A stretch of 63,969 nucleotides of DNA, the filler included, from Chiloscyllium plagiosum (taxonomy: Eukaryota), in NCBI RefSeq assembly GCF_004010195.1. It is 6 parts of one record of this genome, joined end to end, with 100 filler letters (N's around TTAATTAATTAA, not from the genome) between each part and the next. Parts side by side here need not be neighbours in the genome. Positions count along the whole stretch, not along the records: positions 39,778 to 53,395 come from NC_057715.1; positions 53,496 to 57,594 come from NC_057715.1; positions 57,695 to 60,849 come from NC_057715.1; positions 60,950 to 63,969 come from NC_057715.1; 2 more parts are not named here. The stretch is one strand, 5' to 3'. The notes beneath the pieces are model-generated. The model did not search any database, had not been told where the DNA came from, and saw only the letters and a program-made list of their open reading frames with translations. The position numbers and the translations under genes are program-made. This document shows, one piece after another, positions 51,106 to 63,009 of this stretch. How positions within the stretch are numbered: the stretch's first letter is position 1; each line of letters starts with the position of its first letter.

Positions 51106-52851
51106 GTAAAGTTCACTCTCTGAATTGCTAACCTTTGAAATATTTTTAAATCCACCATTGTTTGCAGATGGTTTAAGTAGAGATTACAGGTGTAATGCCC
51201 TGATTGCATAAAGAGAAATCTGATTTCATAATATTAACCTGTCCACTATCTACAAGGCATAAATCAGGAGTGTGATGGGATACTCCTCACTTGTCTGGAT
51301 GGGTGCAGCTCCATCAAAACTTAAGAAGCTTGACACCGTCCAGGACAAGGCAGTCTGCTTGATTGGTGCCACATCCACAACATCCACTCCCTCCACCACC
51401 GATGCTCAGTCGTAGCAATGTGTGCTATCTACTTAGAGTCATACAGCGCGGAAACAGACCCTTCGGTCCAAGCAGTCCATGCTGAATATAATCTCAAACT
51501 AAACTATTCCCATCAGTTCTGCTCTTGGCCCATATCCCTCCAAATCTTTCCTATTTATGCACCTAGCCAAATGTCGTTTTGACGTTGTAAGTGTACCCAT
51601 GTCCACCACTTCCTCAGGCAGTTCATTTCACATGTGAGCCACTCTTTGTGTAAAACACTTACCTCATGTCTTATTGAACCTCTCTCCTCTCATCTTACAA
51701 ATATGCTCCATCATCTTGAAATCCACCATCCTAACAAAAAGACAACTGCCACTAACTCTGTCTATCCCCTTCATTATTTATAAACATCTATTAGGTTGCC
51801 TGTCAATCTCCTATACTCCAGTGAAAAAAGTTCTAGTCTATCCAGCCTTTCTTTATAACTCAAACCTTCCATACCTGGTAACATCCTGGTAAATCTCTTC
51901 TGATACATGCTACATTGCAGAAATTCACCAAAGATCCTTAGTCGTTACCTTCCAAACCCACAACCACTTCCATCTAGAAGGACGACTGCAGCAGATACAT
52001 GGGAATACCACCAGCTGCAAGTTCCCCTCCAAGTCAGTCATCATCCTGACTTGGAAATATATCACCATTGTTTCACTGTCACTGGGTCAAAATTCTGGAA
52101 TTCCCTCCCTAAAAGGCATTGTGGGTCAACCTACAACACATGGACTACAGTGGTTCATGAAGGCAGCTTATCCTCACCTTCTCATGGGCAGTTAGGGATG
52201 GGCAATAAATGCTGGCCCAGCCAGTGACACCCACATCCCATGAGCGAATAAATTTGTAGAAAACGAACCTGAGAAAGGAGAAACCGCAATTAACAGGAAA
52301 TGGAACTGAAAGAGAACAGAGGCCTGTGAATGTTTTATGCTGCTCCCAATATTCTAGCCATTGATCTTGGGGGTTCAGATGCACATTCTCCTCTCTTTGT
52401 TTCACCAATCTACATTGCCAAAGAGAAATAATCCATACAATCTGTCAAATTCACATTGCATAGCCTTTTATGGCACAAGATCAAGCTGTTATGTCCTTTT
52501 ATTTGTCCATATTAGTCTTTAAGCTCCACACAAGTCTTCAATCACCTATCAGCCCTTTAACCTAATCCTCTTTCCCTCATGTTTCTGCCTAACTTCATCT
52601 CAACTAAATTTGTGCTGTTCTCCGAGGCAGAACGCCAGTGAAACCTCCCAATTATTCCAAATCCCAAACGAATCATTCTTTTCCTCAACTGAGCATCAGG
52701 CAGGAGACTGACTGACTGAACCTCCTCCCGGATTTCAGAGCCAATAGCTCGCTCTCTCTGCACTTGTGAATCAGGGCAGATATGCTTAACATGGAGTACG
52801 CTCGGGAATCAGACAGCACAGATAAGAGGCCATTCAGCCCATTGTGATAGT

Positions 52852-53395
52852 ACTGGCTGATTGACAAAGTTCAAGATGAAGCAAAGTATGCACCCAAATC
52901 CATCTTAAATGTTCTTGTTGAACTTGTTTCCATTTCTTTCAGACAGTACATTCCTAATCATCGTACCTCTCTGTGTAAAAGCAAACAAGAACTGCTTCTT
53001 ACACACATACACACACACACACGCACATACATACACGCACATACATACACTGGCTGATTGACAAAGTTCAAGATGAAGCAAAGTATGCACCCAAATCCAT
53101 CTTAAATGTTCTTGTTGAACTTGTTTCCATTTCTTTCAGACAGTACATTCCTAATCATCGTACCTCTCTGTGTAAAAGCAAACAAGAACTGCTTCTTACA
53201 CACATACACACACACACACGCACATACATACACGCACATACATACACACATACACGCACACACACTCTCACACACACACACATAAACACACACACACATA
53301 CACACACACATACAAACACGCATACAAACACACATACATACACACACACATACACACACATACACACACACACACATACATAGACATACACACAC
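52852..53395. repeat. 197-bp direct duplication plus (CA)n microsatellite next to a gap
   Basis: Units start at 52852 and 53049 and appear identical. Confidence 0.9.
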
Positions 53396-53495
53396 NNNNN
53401 NNNNNNNNNNNNNNNNNNNNNNNNNNNNNNNNNNNNNNNTTAATTAATTAANNNNNNNNNNNNNNNNNNNNNNNNNNNNNNNNNNNNNNNNNNNN

Positions 53496-54095
53496 GCCAA
53501 CACCTTCAACATATTGTCTAGCTATCACCATTGTTAACAGCTAACCCGAGAATGTAACTTTTTAAAAAAAGGGTTTTGTGATTTACACATTAGATTACAT
53601 TACAGTGTGGAAACAGGCCCTTCGGCCCAACAAGTCCACACCGACCCGCCGAAGCGCAACCCACCCATACCCCTACATTTACCCCTTACCTAACACTACG
53701 GGCAATTTAGCATGGCCAATTCACCTGACCTGCACATCTTTTGGACTGTGGGAGGAAACCGGAGTACCCGGAGGAAACCCACGCAGACACAGGGAGAACG
53801 TGCAAACTCCACACAGTCAGTCGCCTGAGGCGGGAAAGAAGTGAAACTATCACTGTATTCTAACAGGTGAAAGGCTTAACAGACAATCAATTTTTCAATG
53901 TATAATTTCAGTTACATCACACTGTAAATTTTTGCTATAAATTCTGTGTTACGATTGAGCCCTCCACTATCAATTGATGAAGGAGCGTCGCTCTGAAAGC
54001 TAGTGTGCTTCCAATTAAACCTGTTGAACTATAATTTGGTGTTATGTGATTTTTAACTTTGTACACCCCAGTCCAACACGGGCACCTCCAATTCA
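53496..54095 (+). mobile_element. Family B Penelope-related element with nested HE1 SINE (53590-53834, minus)
   Basis: TTGATGAAGGAGCGTCGCTCTGAAAGCTAGTG at ~53974, followed by the family B tail. Confidence 0.7.
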
Positions 54096-54991
54096 TCAGG
54101 AGAGCTTTTAAGGCTTCCCGATGAATAGCTTTTGCTTTAAATGCCGATTTTGCTGCTCCTCAGACATTGCCTGACCTGCTGTGCTTTTCCAGCACTACTC
54201 TAATCTAGACTCTGTATCCTCTGGAGTTTAGAAAGGTCAGAGGTGACTTAATTCAAACATTGAAAATTCTGAGAGGACTTGACCAGGTGGATGTTGAAAG
54301 GATGATTTCTCTTGTGGGAGAATCTACAATGAGGTGTCAGAGTTTAAAAATAAGGGGGGGGTCCATTTCAAACAGAGATGAGAAAACATTTTTTTTCTCT
54401 CAGAAGGTTGTGAAACTTTTAAATTTGATTCTTCAAAAGGCAGTAGATGAAGAATCTTTAAATATTTTAAGGCAGAAGTGGATGGATTCTTAGCTATCAA
54501 GGGATGAAAGATTTTTGCGGATATACAGGAAGGTAGAGTTGAAGTTAAAATATGATCAGCCATGATCTTATTGAAAAGTGGAGCAGGTTTGAAAGGCCGA
54601 GTGGACTCCTTTTATTCCTAGGCACCACTGATAAAATTATTGATAATGCAAAGGAAGAATAATTTGTGAAGAAGACATAAAGAGGAAACAAAGGGATAGA
54701 TAGCTTAAGTGAATGGGCAAAGATCTGGCAAATGGAGCAAATGTCAGAACATGTGAAGTCATTCATTTTGATTGGAAGACTAAAAGAAGCATCTTATCTG
54801 ATGGCAAGAGATTGCAGACTGAGCTTCAGAGGGATCTGAGTATCCTGTTGTGCACCACAGAAAGGTTAGTATACAAGCACAGCAAGTAACTAGGAAACCT
54901 AATACAAAGTTCTTATTTATTGCAAGGAGAATGCAAAAACAGCAAGGTTATGCTTCAATTCTACTGGGCATTGGTAAGACCACAGGAGGAG

Positions 54992-55212
54992 CTGAAAATG
55001 TGTTGCTGGAGAAGCGCAGCAGGTCAGGCAGCATGCAGGGAACAGGAGAATCGACGTTTCGGGCATAAGCCCTTCTTCAGGATCCTGAAGAAGGGCTTAT
55101 GTCCGAAACGTCGATTCTCCTGTTCCCTGGATGCTGCCTGACCTGCTGCGCTTCTCCAGTCACACATTTTCAGCTCTGATCTCCAGCATCTGCAGACCTC
55201 ACTTTCTCCTCA
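54992..55212. mobile_element. Head-to-head family A pair (long hairpin)
   Basis: Axis CAGGA|TCCTG at 55082/55083, ~90-bp arms; 16-bp TSD AAGACCACAGGAGGAG at 54976-54991 and 55213-55228. Confidence 0.88.
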
Positions 55213-55378
55213 AAGACCACAGGAGGAGTACTGTGTGCAGTATGGGCGTCTTTATTTAAAGAAAGATCGAAATATGCTGGAGGCATATCAGAGAAGGTTT
55301 ACGAGATTAATATCTGGAATAGCCAATTTGCTTTGTGAAGAAATGTTGGACAGGCTAAACTTGTGCCTGTTGGAGTTT

Positions 55379-55593
55379 AGCATCAAGAGTGTGGCGCTGG
55401 AAAAGCACAGCATATCAGGCAGCTTCCGAGGAGCAGGAGATTCGACATTTCAGGCAAGAGCCCTTCATCAGGAATCGGGCTTATGCCCGAAACGTTGATC
55501 CTCCTGTTCCTCAGAGGCTGCCCGACCGGCTGTGCTTTTCCAGTACCACTCTCTCGACTCTGATCTCCACCAGCTGCAGTCCTCACTTTGTCC
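55379..55593. mobile_element. Head-to-head family A pair
   Basis: 13-bp TSD CCTGTTGGAGTTT at 55366-55378 and 55594-55606. Confidence 0.82.
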
Positions 55594-56149
55594 CCTGTTG
55601 GAGTTTGCAAATGTTTCCTCTTATGGGAGAATCTCAAATGCCAGGTCACAGCTTAAAAGTAAGGGTTTGGTAACTTGAAACAGGAATAAGGAGATTTTTT
55701 TTTTTCACAGAGAGTTCAGAACCTTTGAAATTCTTCTTCAAAAGGCAGGGTTTTTGAATATCTTTTAAGGGTGAGATAAGTAGGTTCTTGATAAGAATAG
55801 AATAGAATATCCTGTATTGTCACGTGTACTCCAGTGCAGAAGTACAAGAATACAGTGAAAAGTTTTTATAATGTCACAATGCCTCTTGTGGCACCATCTT
55901 AGGTATAAATCTTGGATAACAAGGAGGAATAAAAGGAGAAGTAGAAACATTACTCTCATTGCCTAAAAAATAAGTTACAATAAGATAGTTGTAACATAGT
56001 TAAACAATTGACATTACAGTTTGGTGAAGAATTTCAAATAGCAACAGCTCAGCACGTGGTTTGACCGCCCACACCAAGTCCCAGTCCAACAATTGTCCTG
56101 TTCCGCACAAGCCTCCAGTCCACGTCATCCAGGAACTCAGCTACACCAT

Positions 56150-56466
56150 TCTAAGTTGTGCTGAACCAGGACTCATTCCCTTGTGCTGCTCCAGAACTTG
56201 TTTCCCCTTGTGCTGCTCTGGGACTCATTTCCTCAAACAACTCTGGGACTTGTTTCCCCTCTCCCTACTCCAGGACCTGTTCTCCTCGCCCTGCTCTGGG
56301 ACTAGTTTCACTTTGCACTGCTCTGGGACTTGTTTCCCCTCGCCCTGCTCTGGGACTTGTTTCCCCTCGCCCTGCTCTGGGACTTCTTTCCCCTCGCCCT
56401 GCTCTGGGACTTGTTTCCCCTTGCCCTGCTCCAGGACTTGTCTCCTATCGGCCTGCTCCGGGACTT
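56150..56466. repeat. Minisatellite, 28-bp unit GGGACTTGTTTCCCCTCGCCCTGCTCTG
   Basis: About 10 degenerate tandem copies. Confidence 0.9.
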
Positions 56467-57594
56467 AGAACATAGAACATAGAACATAGAACATAGAACA
56501 ATACAGCACAGAACACGCCCACGATGTTGTGCCGAACATTTATACTAGCTTAAGCACCCATCCATGTACCTATCCAATTGCCGCTTAAAGGTCGCCAATG
56601 ATTCTGACTCGCCGCTTAAAGGTCGCCAATGATTCTGACTCTGCCACTCCCACAGGCAGCGGATTCCATGACCCCACCACTCTCTGGGTAAAGAACCTAC
56701 CCCTGACAGCCCCCCTAAACCTTCCACCCTTCACCTTAAATGTATGTCCCCTTGTAACACTGTTGTTCCCGGGGAAAAAGTTTCTGACTGTCTACTCTAT
56801 CTATTCCTCTGATCATCTTATAAACCTCTATCAAGTCACCCCTCATCCTTCTCCGTTCCAATGAGAAAAGGCCTAGCACTCTCATACGTACCTATCCTCG
56901 TACGACCTATTCTCCATTCCAGGCAACATCCTGGTAAATCTTCTCTGCACCCTCTCCAAAGCTTCCACATCTTTCCTAAAGTGAGGCGACCAGAACTGCA
57001 CACAGTACTCCAAATGTGGCCTAACCAAAGTACTGTACAGTTGCAACATCACTTCACGACTCTGGAATTCAATCCCTCTGCTAATGAACGATAATACTCC
57101 ATAGACCTTCTTACAAACTCTATCCACCTGAGTGACAACCTTCAAAGATCTATGTACATAGACCCCAAGATCCCTCTGTTCCTCCACCTGACTAAGAACC
57201 CTACCATTAACCCTGTATTCCGCATTCTTATCTGTCTTTCCAAAATGGACAACCTCACACTTGGCAGGATTGAACTCCATCTGCCACTCCTCAGCCCAGC
57301 TCTGCATCATATCCAAGTCCCTCTGCAGCCGACAAGAGCCCTCCTCACTATCCACAACTCCACCAATCTTCATATCATCTGCAAATTTACTGACCCACCC
57401 TTCGACTCCCTAATCCAAGTCATTAATAAAAATTACAAACAGCAGAGGACCCAGAACTGATCCCTGCGGAACTCCACTTGTAACTGGGCTCCAGGATGAA
57501 TATTTACCATCTACCACCACTCTCTGACTTCAACCGGTTAGCCAGTTTTCTATCCAATTGGCCAAATTTCCCTCTATCCCATGCCTCCTGACCT
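56467..57594 (-). mobile_element. Young CR1 LINE, RT C-terminus and (ATGTTCT)n tail, truncated by a gap
   Basis: KIGGVVDSEEG...LVRPHLEYCVQFWSP...QRRFTRMLPG. Confidence 0.95.
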
Positions 57595-57694
57595 NNNNNN
57601 NNNNNNNNNNNNNNNNNNNNNNNNNNNNNNNNNNNNNNTTAATTAATTAANNNNNNNNNNNNNNNNNNNNNNNNNNNNNNNNNNNNNNNNNNNN

Positions 57695-58020
57695 GGGTGG
57701 GGGTGGATGATGGGATAGGTCGGTGGGGAAGGTGGAGCAGATAGGTGGGAAAGAAAATGGACAGGTGGGACAGGTCGAGAGGGCGGTGCTGAACTGGAGG
57801 GTTGGATCTGGGATGAGGTGGGGGGGAGGGAGATGAGGAAACTGGTGGAGTCGACATTGATGCTATATGTTTGAAGAGTCCCAAGGCGGAAATTGAGGCT
57901 TTCTTCATCCAGGCATCAGGTGGCTTGGATTTGGCGGTGGATGAGGCCCAGAACCTGCATGTCCTTGCTGGAGTGGGAGGGGGAGATGAAGTAGTCAGCC
58001 ACAAGGTGGATGTGTCCCAG
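57695..58020 (-). mobile_element. Penelope-like GIY-YIG 3' fragment
   Basis: Minus strand VADYFISPSHS..DMQVLGL...LNFRLGTLQ, homologous to 44222-44488. Confidence 0.75.
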
Positions 58021-58437
58021 AGATGTCCCCGCCACCATTCCAGATGAAGGGCTTATGTCTGAAATGTCAACTCTCTGGCTCCTCAGATGCTGCATGATCT
58101 GCTGTGCTTTTCCAGCTACACACTTTCAAACTCTGACTCTCCAGCATCTGCACTCATTGCTTTCTCCCACTCCATCGAACTAAACAGTGCAGGTAAAATA
58201 ACTCTTTGAAACAAAGTGATACTAATATAATATCAAAACCCAACACACATCGAAGAGAATTAAGTGTTTTTGTTGTTTGCAATTTTCCTTTTAAGCTACA
58301 CATATGTCAACATCCTTCCACAGACTAACTGGTCCAGCATTGGTTCAAATACTGGTCCATGAACAAGCCATATTGACCAATTAGTCAAGAAGTAAAGAGT
58401 AGATGAATTCACTGGGCTTCCCCAAACTCATGTCATT

Positions 58438-58527
58438 CCTGATGAAGGACTTTCGCCCGAAACATCGATTTTCCTGCTCCTCGGATGCTGCCTGACCTGC
58501 TGTGCTTTTCCAGCACCACTCTAATCT
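58438..58527 (+). mobile_element. Family A short element (another copy at ~58040-58167)
   Basis: CTGATGAAGGACTTTCGCCCGAAACATCGAT followed by the body. Confidence 0.75.
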
Positions 58528-59054
58528 TCCCAGACTCATGTCCAAACCCAAACCGACAAAGCAATCCAGAAAGATCCCTTATGTTGGCATACAGGGGCTG
58601 TTTAATGTTGTCAATATAGAGTAGGTCAGGACTGGTGAAAATGTTCAATATTCTACATCTTCCAAAAGAGAGCAGTCACTTCCAGAGGCAGAGCTAGTAA
58701 TCAGAGAGCAGTAACCTTCCAGTAACAGATCTGAGAGTCTCAGTAAGTTTATGTCTCCAGTTAAACAGTCACACTGGGTAACTGAAGACATGTCGCCTGA
58801 CCAACAACTCCATATGGATCAATTTCACCATTGATTGTAGGAAGAAAAGAAAAACAAGGTTGGGATTTTACTTGGTCAGCTGCTTGTACGAGGAAGGGTT
58901 AATCACATTCATGTTTTTGCTTCACCTGAATTTTCTAAGAATGAATGAGGTGGAGCATTGCCATGTATGCCATAGGAAATGACAGGGCGTGCTGAGTATA
59001 AAATTTCAACTTAATATATTTAAGCTTGACTTGAAAGCATTTTATCTAAGCAGG

Positions 59055-59126
59055 GTGATGGTGGTATAGTGGTGAGCATAGCTGCCTTCCAAGCAGTTGA
59101 CCTGGGTTCAGTTCCTGGCTATCGCA
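59055..59126 (+). tRNA. tRNA-Gly (TCC), probably a pseudogene
   Basis: 72-nt cloverleaf GTGATGGTGGTATAGTGGTGAGCATAGCTGCCTTCCAAGCAGTTGACCTGGGTTCAGTTCCTGGCTATCGCA, matching vertebrate tRNA-Gly-TCC. T-loop/B box altered (TTCAGT), several CpG-type changes, no oligo-T terminator. Confidence 0.85.
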
Positions 59127-59232
59127 GTGTTGTGATTTGTAAACAACCCTTTAAAGGAAAGGCACTGGGATAAATCGAGGAAATAAATCTTTCAATCTGT
59201 GGTAAAACAGATCTGTCAGATTACTCCTTGCT

Positions 59233-59537
59233 TGGGTGGCATGTTGGCACAGTGGTTAGTACTGCTGCCTCACAGTGCCAGAGACCCGGGTTCAATTCCT
59301 GCCTCAGGCAACTGTCTTGTGGAGTTTGCACATTCTCCCCGTTTCTGCGTGGGTTTCCTCCCACAGTCCAAAATGTGCAGGTTAGGTGAATTGGCCATGC
59401 TAAATTGCCCGTAGTGTTAGGTGAAAGGGGTAAATGTAGGGGAATGGGTCTGGGTGGGTTGCTCTTCGGAGGGTCGGTGTGGACTTGTTGAGCCTAAGGG
59501 CCTGTTTCCACGCTGTGGGGAATCTAACCTAATCTAA
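59233..59537 (+). mobile_element. HE1-type SINE
   Basis: TGGCACAGTGG A box, GGTTCAATTCC B box, (CTAAT)n tail. Confidence 0.88.
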
Positions 59538-59556
59538 GTGTGGCATAGAAGTAATA

Positions 59557-59674
59557 GGGCTTATGCCCGAAACGTCGATACTCCTGTTCCCTGGATGCTG
59601 CCTGACCTGCTGCGCTTTTCCAGCAACACATTTTCAGCTCTGATCTCCAGCATCTGCTGACCTCACTTTCTCCC
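59557..59674 (+). mobile_element. Family A element truncated inside the hammerhead
   Basis: Starts GGGCTTATGCCCGAAACGTC; 13-bp TSD CATAGAAGTAATA at 59544-59556 and 59675-59687. Confidence 0.85.
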
Positions 59675-59774
59675 CATAGAAGTAATACACTTGTGTACAG
59701 ATAGTGACTGATCAGAGCCTGCTATAGACATAGATAGATAATCACAAGGGGAATCAAGGTTATGGGGAAAATGC

Positions 59775-60849
59775 AGGCAGGTTTGTTACTGCAACACAGC
59801 TGTGTTTAAACTGAATAGCAGGGAAGAGGGGACAAACTGGAAGTTTAAGAAGGAAGTTGAAGGGAAATTTAGAACAAGGGAAGTCAAGGAAGACAACAGT
59901 ATCAATGAAGCAGAAAACTCAAAAAAGGATAATGCCGTAAGGTTGAGTGAAATAGGGATTGATAGGAAGGGTGAGGGCAGTAAAAATTTAAAAATACTAT
60001 ATATGAATGCACGAAGTATTAGAAATAAGATGGATGAGCTTGAGGCTCTTTTGGAAATTGGCAGATACGATATTGTGGGGATAACTGAGACGTGGCTTCA
60101 AGTGGACAGGGCCTGGGAAATGAATATTCAAGGCTATACGTGCTATCATAAGGACAGACTGACGGGCAGAGGGGGTGGGGTGGCCCTGTTGGTAAGGGAT
60201 GATATTCAGTCCCTTGCATGGGGGACCTAGAATCAGGGAATGTAGAGTCAGTGTGGATAGAGCTGAGAAATTCTAAGGGTAAAAAGACCCTCTTAGGAGT
60301 TATCTACAGGCCCCCAAACAGTAGTACGGATGTAAGGTGTAAGTTGAATAAGGAGCTGAAATTGTCTGTCGCAAAGATGTTACTGCAGTTGTTATGGGGG
60401 ATTTCAACATGCAGGTAGACTGTGAGAATCAGGATGGTATTGGACCTCAAGAAAGAGACTTTGTGGAGTGCCTCCGAGATGGATTCTTAGAACAGCTGGT
60501 GCTGGAGCTGACCAGGGAGAAGGCAATTCTGGATCTGGTATTGTGCAACGAACCATAATTGATCAGGGCCCTCGAAGTGAAGGAGCCATTAGGAGGTAGT
60601 GACCATAATACAATAAGCTACAATCTGCAATTTGAAAGGGAGAGGGTACAATTGGTAGTGACGATATTTCAGTTGAATAAAGGGAACTATGGAGCTATGA
60701 GGGAGGAGCTGGCCAAAGTTCAATGGTGCTATACCTTAGCAGGGATGACAGTGGAGGAACAATGGCAGATATTTCTCTGTATAATGCAGAAGATGCAGGA
60801 TCAGTTCATTCCAAAAAGGAAGAAAGATCCTAGGAGGAGGCATGGGTGG
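59775..60849 (+). mobile_element. CR1 ORF2 endonuclease region, running into a gap
   Basis: YMNARSIRNK, GITETWL, GGGVAL, IYRPP, GSDHN. Confidence 0.92.
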
Positions 60850-60949
60850 NNNNNNNNNNNNNNNNNNNNNNNNNNNNNNNNNNNNNNNNNNNNTTAATTA
60901 ATTAANNNNNNNNNNNNNNNNNNNNNNNNNNNNNNNNNNNNNNNNNNNN

Positions 60950-61530
60950 TCTAGCAAATTTCCCTGCCAGTATATTAGTCCCCTTCCAATTTAGGTGCAA
61001 TCCGTCCTTCTTGTACAGGTCACTTCTACCCCAAAAGAGATTCCAATGATCCAAAAATGTGGATCCTTCTCCCATACATCAGCTCCTCAGCCATGCATTC
61101 ATCTGCTCTATCCTCCTATTCCTGCCCTCACTAGCTCTTAGCACTGGGAGTAATCCAGATATTACGACCCTTGAGGACCTCCTTTTTCAATTTCTGCCTA
61201 ACTCTCTGTAATCTCCCTTCATAATCACAACCTTTTCCCTTCCTGTGTCGTTGGTTCCAATGTGGACAGTGACCTCCTGCTGGCCCCTCTCCCCCGTGAG
61301 AACATTCTGCACCCTCTCTGAGACATCCTTGATCCTGGCACCAGGGAAGCAACACACCATTCTGCTTTTTCTCTGCTGGCCACAGAAATGTCTTGTCTGT
61401 ACCTTGGACTACTGAATCCCCTAACATGATTGATCTCTTGGAAGCCAACGTACCCCTCGTTGCATTAGAGCCAGTCTCAATACCAGAAACGTGGCTGTTT
61501 GTGCTACGTTCCCCTGAGAATCCATCACCC
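60950..61530 (-). mobile_element. CR1 ORF1 (esterase/SGNH) fragment
   Basis: IMLGDSVV motif, followed by frameshifted CFPGARIKD...HIGTND. Confidence 0.85.
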
Positions 61531-62014
61531 CGTCTCTATGACTATGACATACGGCTGATCAGCTAGTGTTACGTCCAAAAGATGGACTTCAGAAAGCAAT
61601 ACAGGCAGCATTTGTAATCAGTAATAAACATTATTTTCGAAACGACCTTTCTGGTTCAGAGATGGTACGACACACCTCTGCAGTAGTGAGAAGTTCTGGC
61701 TCAATGATAGGGACACGACCACTGCATTGCATGCAGCAATGAGACTGAAAGGTATTTAATTTACTTCTCCTGCATTTAAGTCATTTCTGTAATCACAATT
61801 CCCAAATGATCATTTCAACCAGGTAATTTCCTCAGTCAATTGTCCTTCGACAATTAAGCATCACTAGGCTAGCTGTAACAATCATGCCAGTCAACAGAGA
61901 CTAAGTCTATTGTCAATTAGCCATCATCAGTAACTTGTTAATCTTCATTAAACCCCAGAACCAACAGTTCTCCCTGTGCCATGGAAACACATGTACAAGA
62001 ACAAAACAGGGAAT

Positions 62015-62900
62015 TAGAGTCATAGGGTCATAGAGATGTACAGCCTGGAAACAGACTGTTCGGTCCAAATTGTCCATATCGACTAGATATCCTAAATTAA
62101 TCCAGTCCCATTTTCCAGCATTTGGCCCATATCCCTCTCAATCCTTCCTGTTCGTATACTCATCCAGATGCCTTTTAAATATTGGAATTGTATCAGCCTC
62201 TGCCACTTCCTCTGGCAGCTCATTCCATACACGCACCATCTGCTGCATGAAAACATTGCCCCGTAGGTCTCTTTTACGTCTTTCCCCTCTCACATAAACC
62301 TGTGCCCTCTAGTTCTGGACTCCCCCACCCCAGGGAAAAGACTTTGTCTATTTATCCTATCCATGTCCCTCTTGATTTTATAAACCTCTATGAGGGCACT
62401 CCTCAGCCTCTGACTCTCCAGGGAAAACAGCCCCAGCCTGTTCAGCCTCTCCCTGTAGCTCAAATCTTCCAACCCTGGCAACAGCCTTGTAAATCTTTCC
62501 TGAATAGCTCGTTCCTTACATGTACCTCTGGCTGAAAATGTTACCCCTCAGGTCTCTTTTATGTCTTTCCCCTCTCACATAAACCTGTGCCCTCTAGTTC
62601 TGGACTCCCCCACCCCAGGGAAAACACTTTGTCTATTTATCCTATCCATGTCCCTCATGATTTTATAAACCTCTAGGAGGTCACTCCTCAGCCTCTGACT
62701 CTCCAGGGAAAACAGCCTCAGCCTGTTCAGCCTCTCCCTGTAGCTCAAATCTTCCAACCCTGGCAACATCCTTGTAAATCTTTCCTGCATCCTTTCAGGT
62801 TTCACAACATCAGAATTGCACATAATATTCCAATAGTGGCCTAACCAATGTCCTGTACAGCCGCAACATGACCTCCCAACTCCTATACTCAATACTCTGA
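62015..62900 (-). mobile_element. CR1 3' fragment with an internal ~285-bp tandem duplication
   Basis: PGLEDLSYRERLNRL.LFSLESQRLRS occurs twice. Confidence 0.9.
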
Positions 62901-63009
62901 AACGACACAGCAAGCCCAAGCAGTTCACATCTGTAATGAGAACAAGAATTGGTTACAAGGTGTGTTCATCTCCTGAGAAACAGACAAAGAAACAAGGAGA
63001 AAAAGTAAA

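Noticed and set aside
52852..53247. Perfect 197-bp tandem duplication
   Set aside because: Next to a (CA)n tract and a gap; likely an assembly artefact or slippage with no functional signal.
53102..53395. Cys/Val-rich ORFs
   Set aside because: Translation of the (CA)n microsatellite.
56581..56642. 31-bp tandem duplication within CR1
   Set aside because: Local slippage in a dead repeat.
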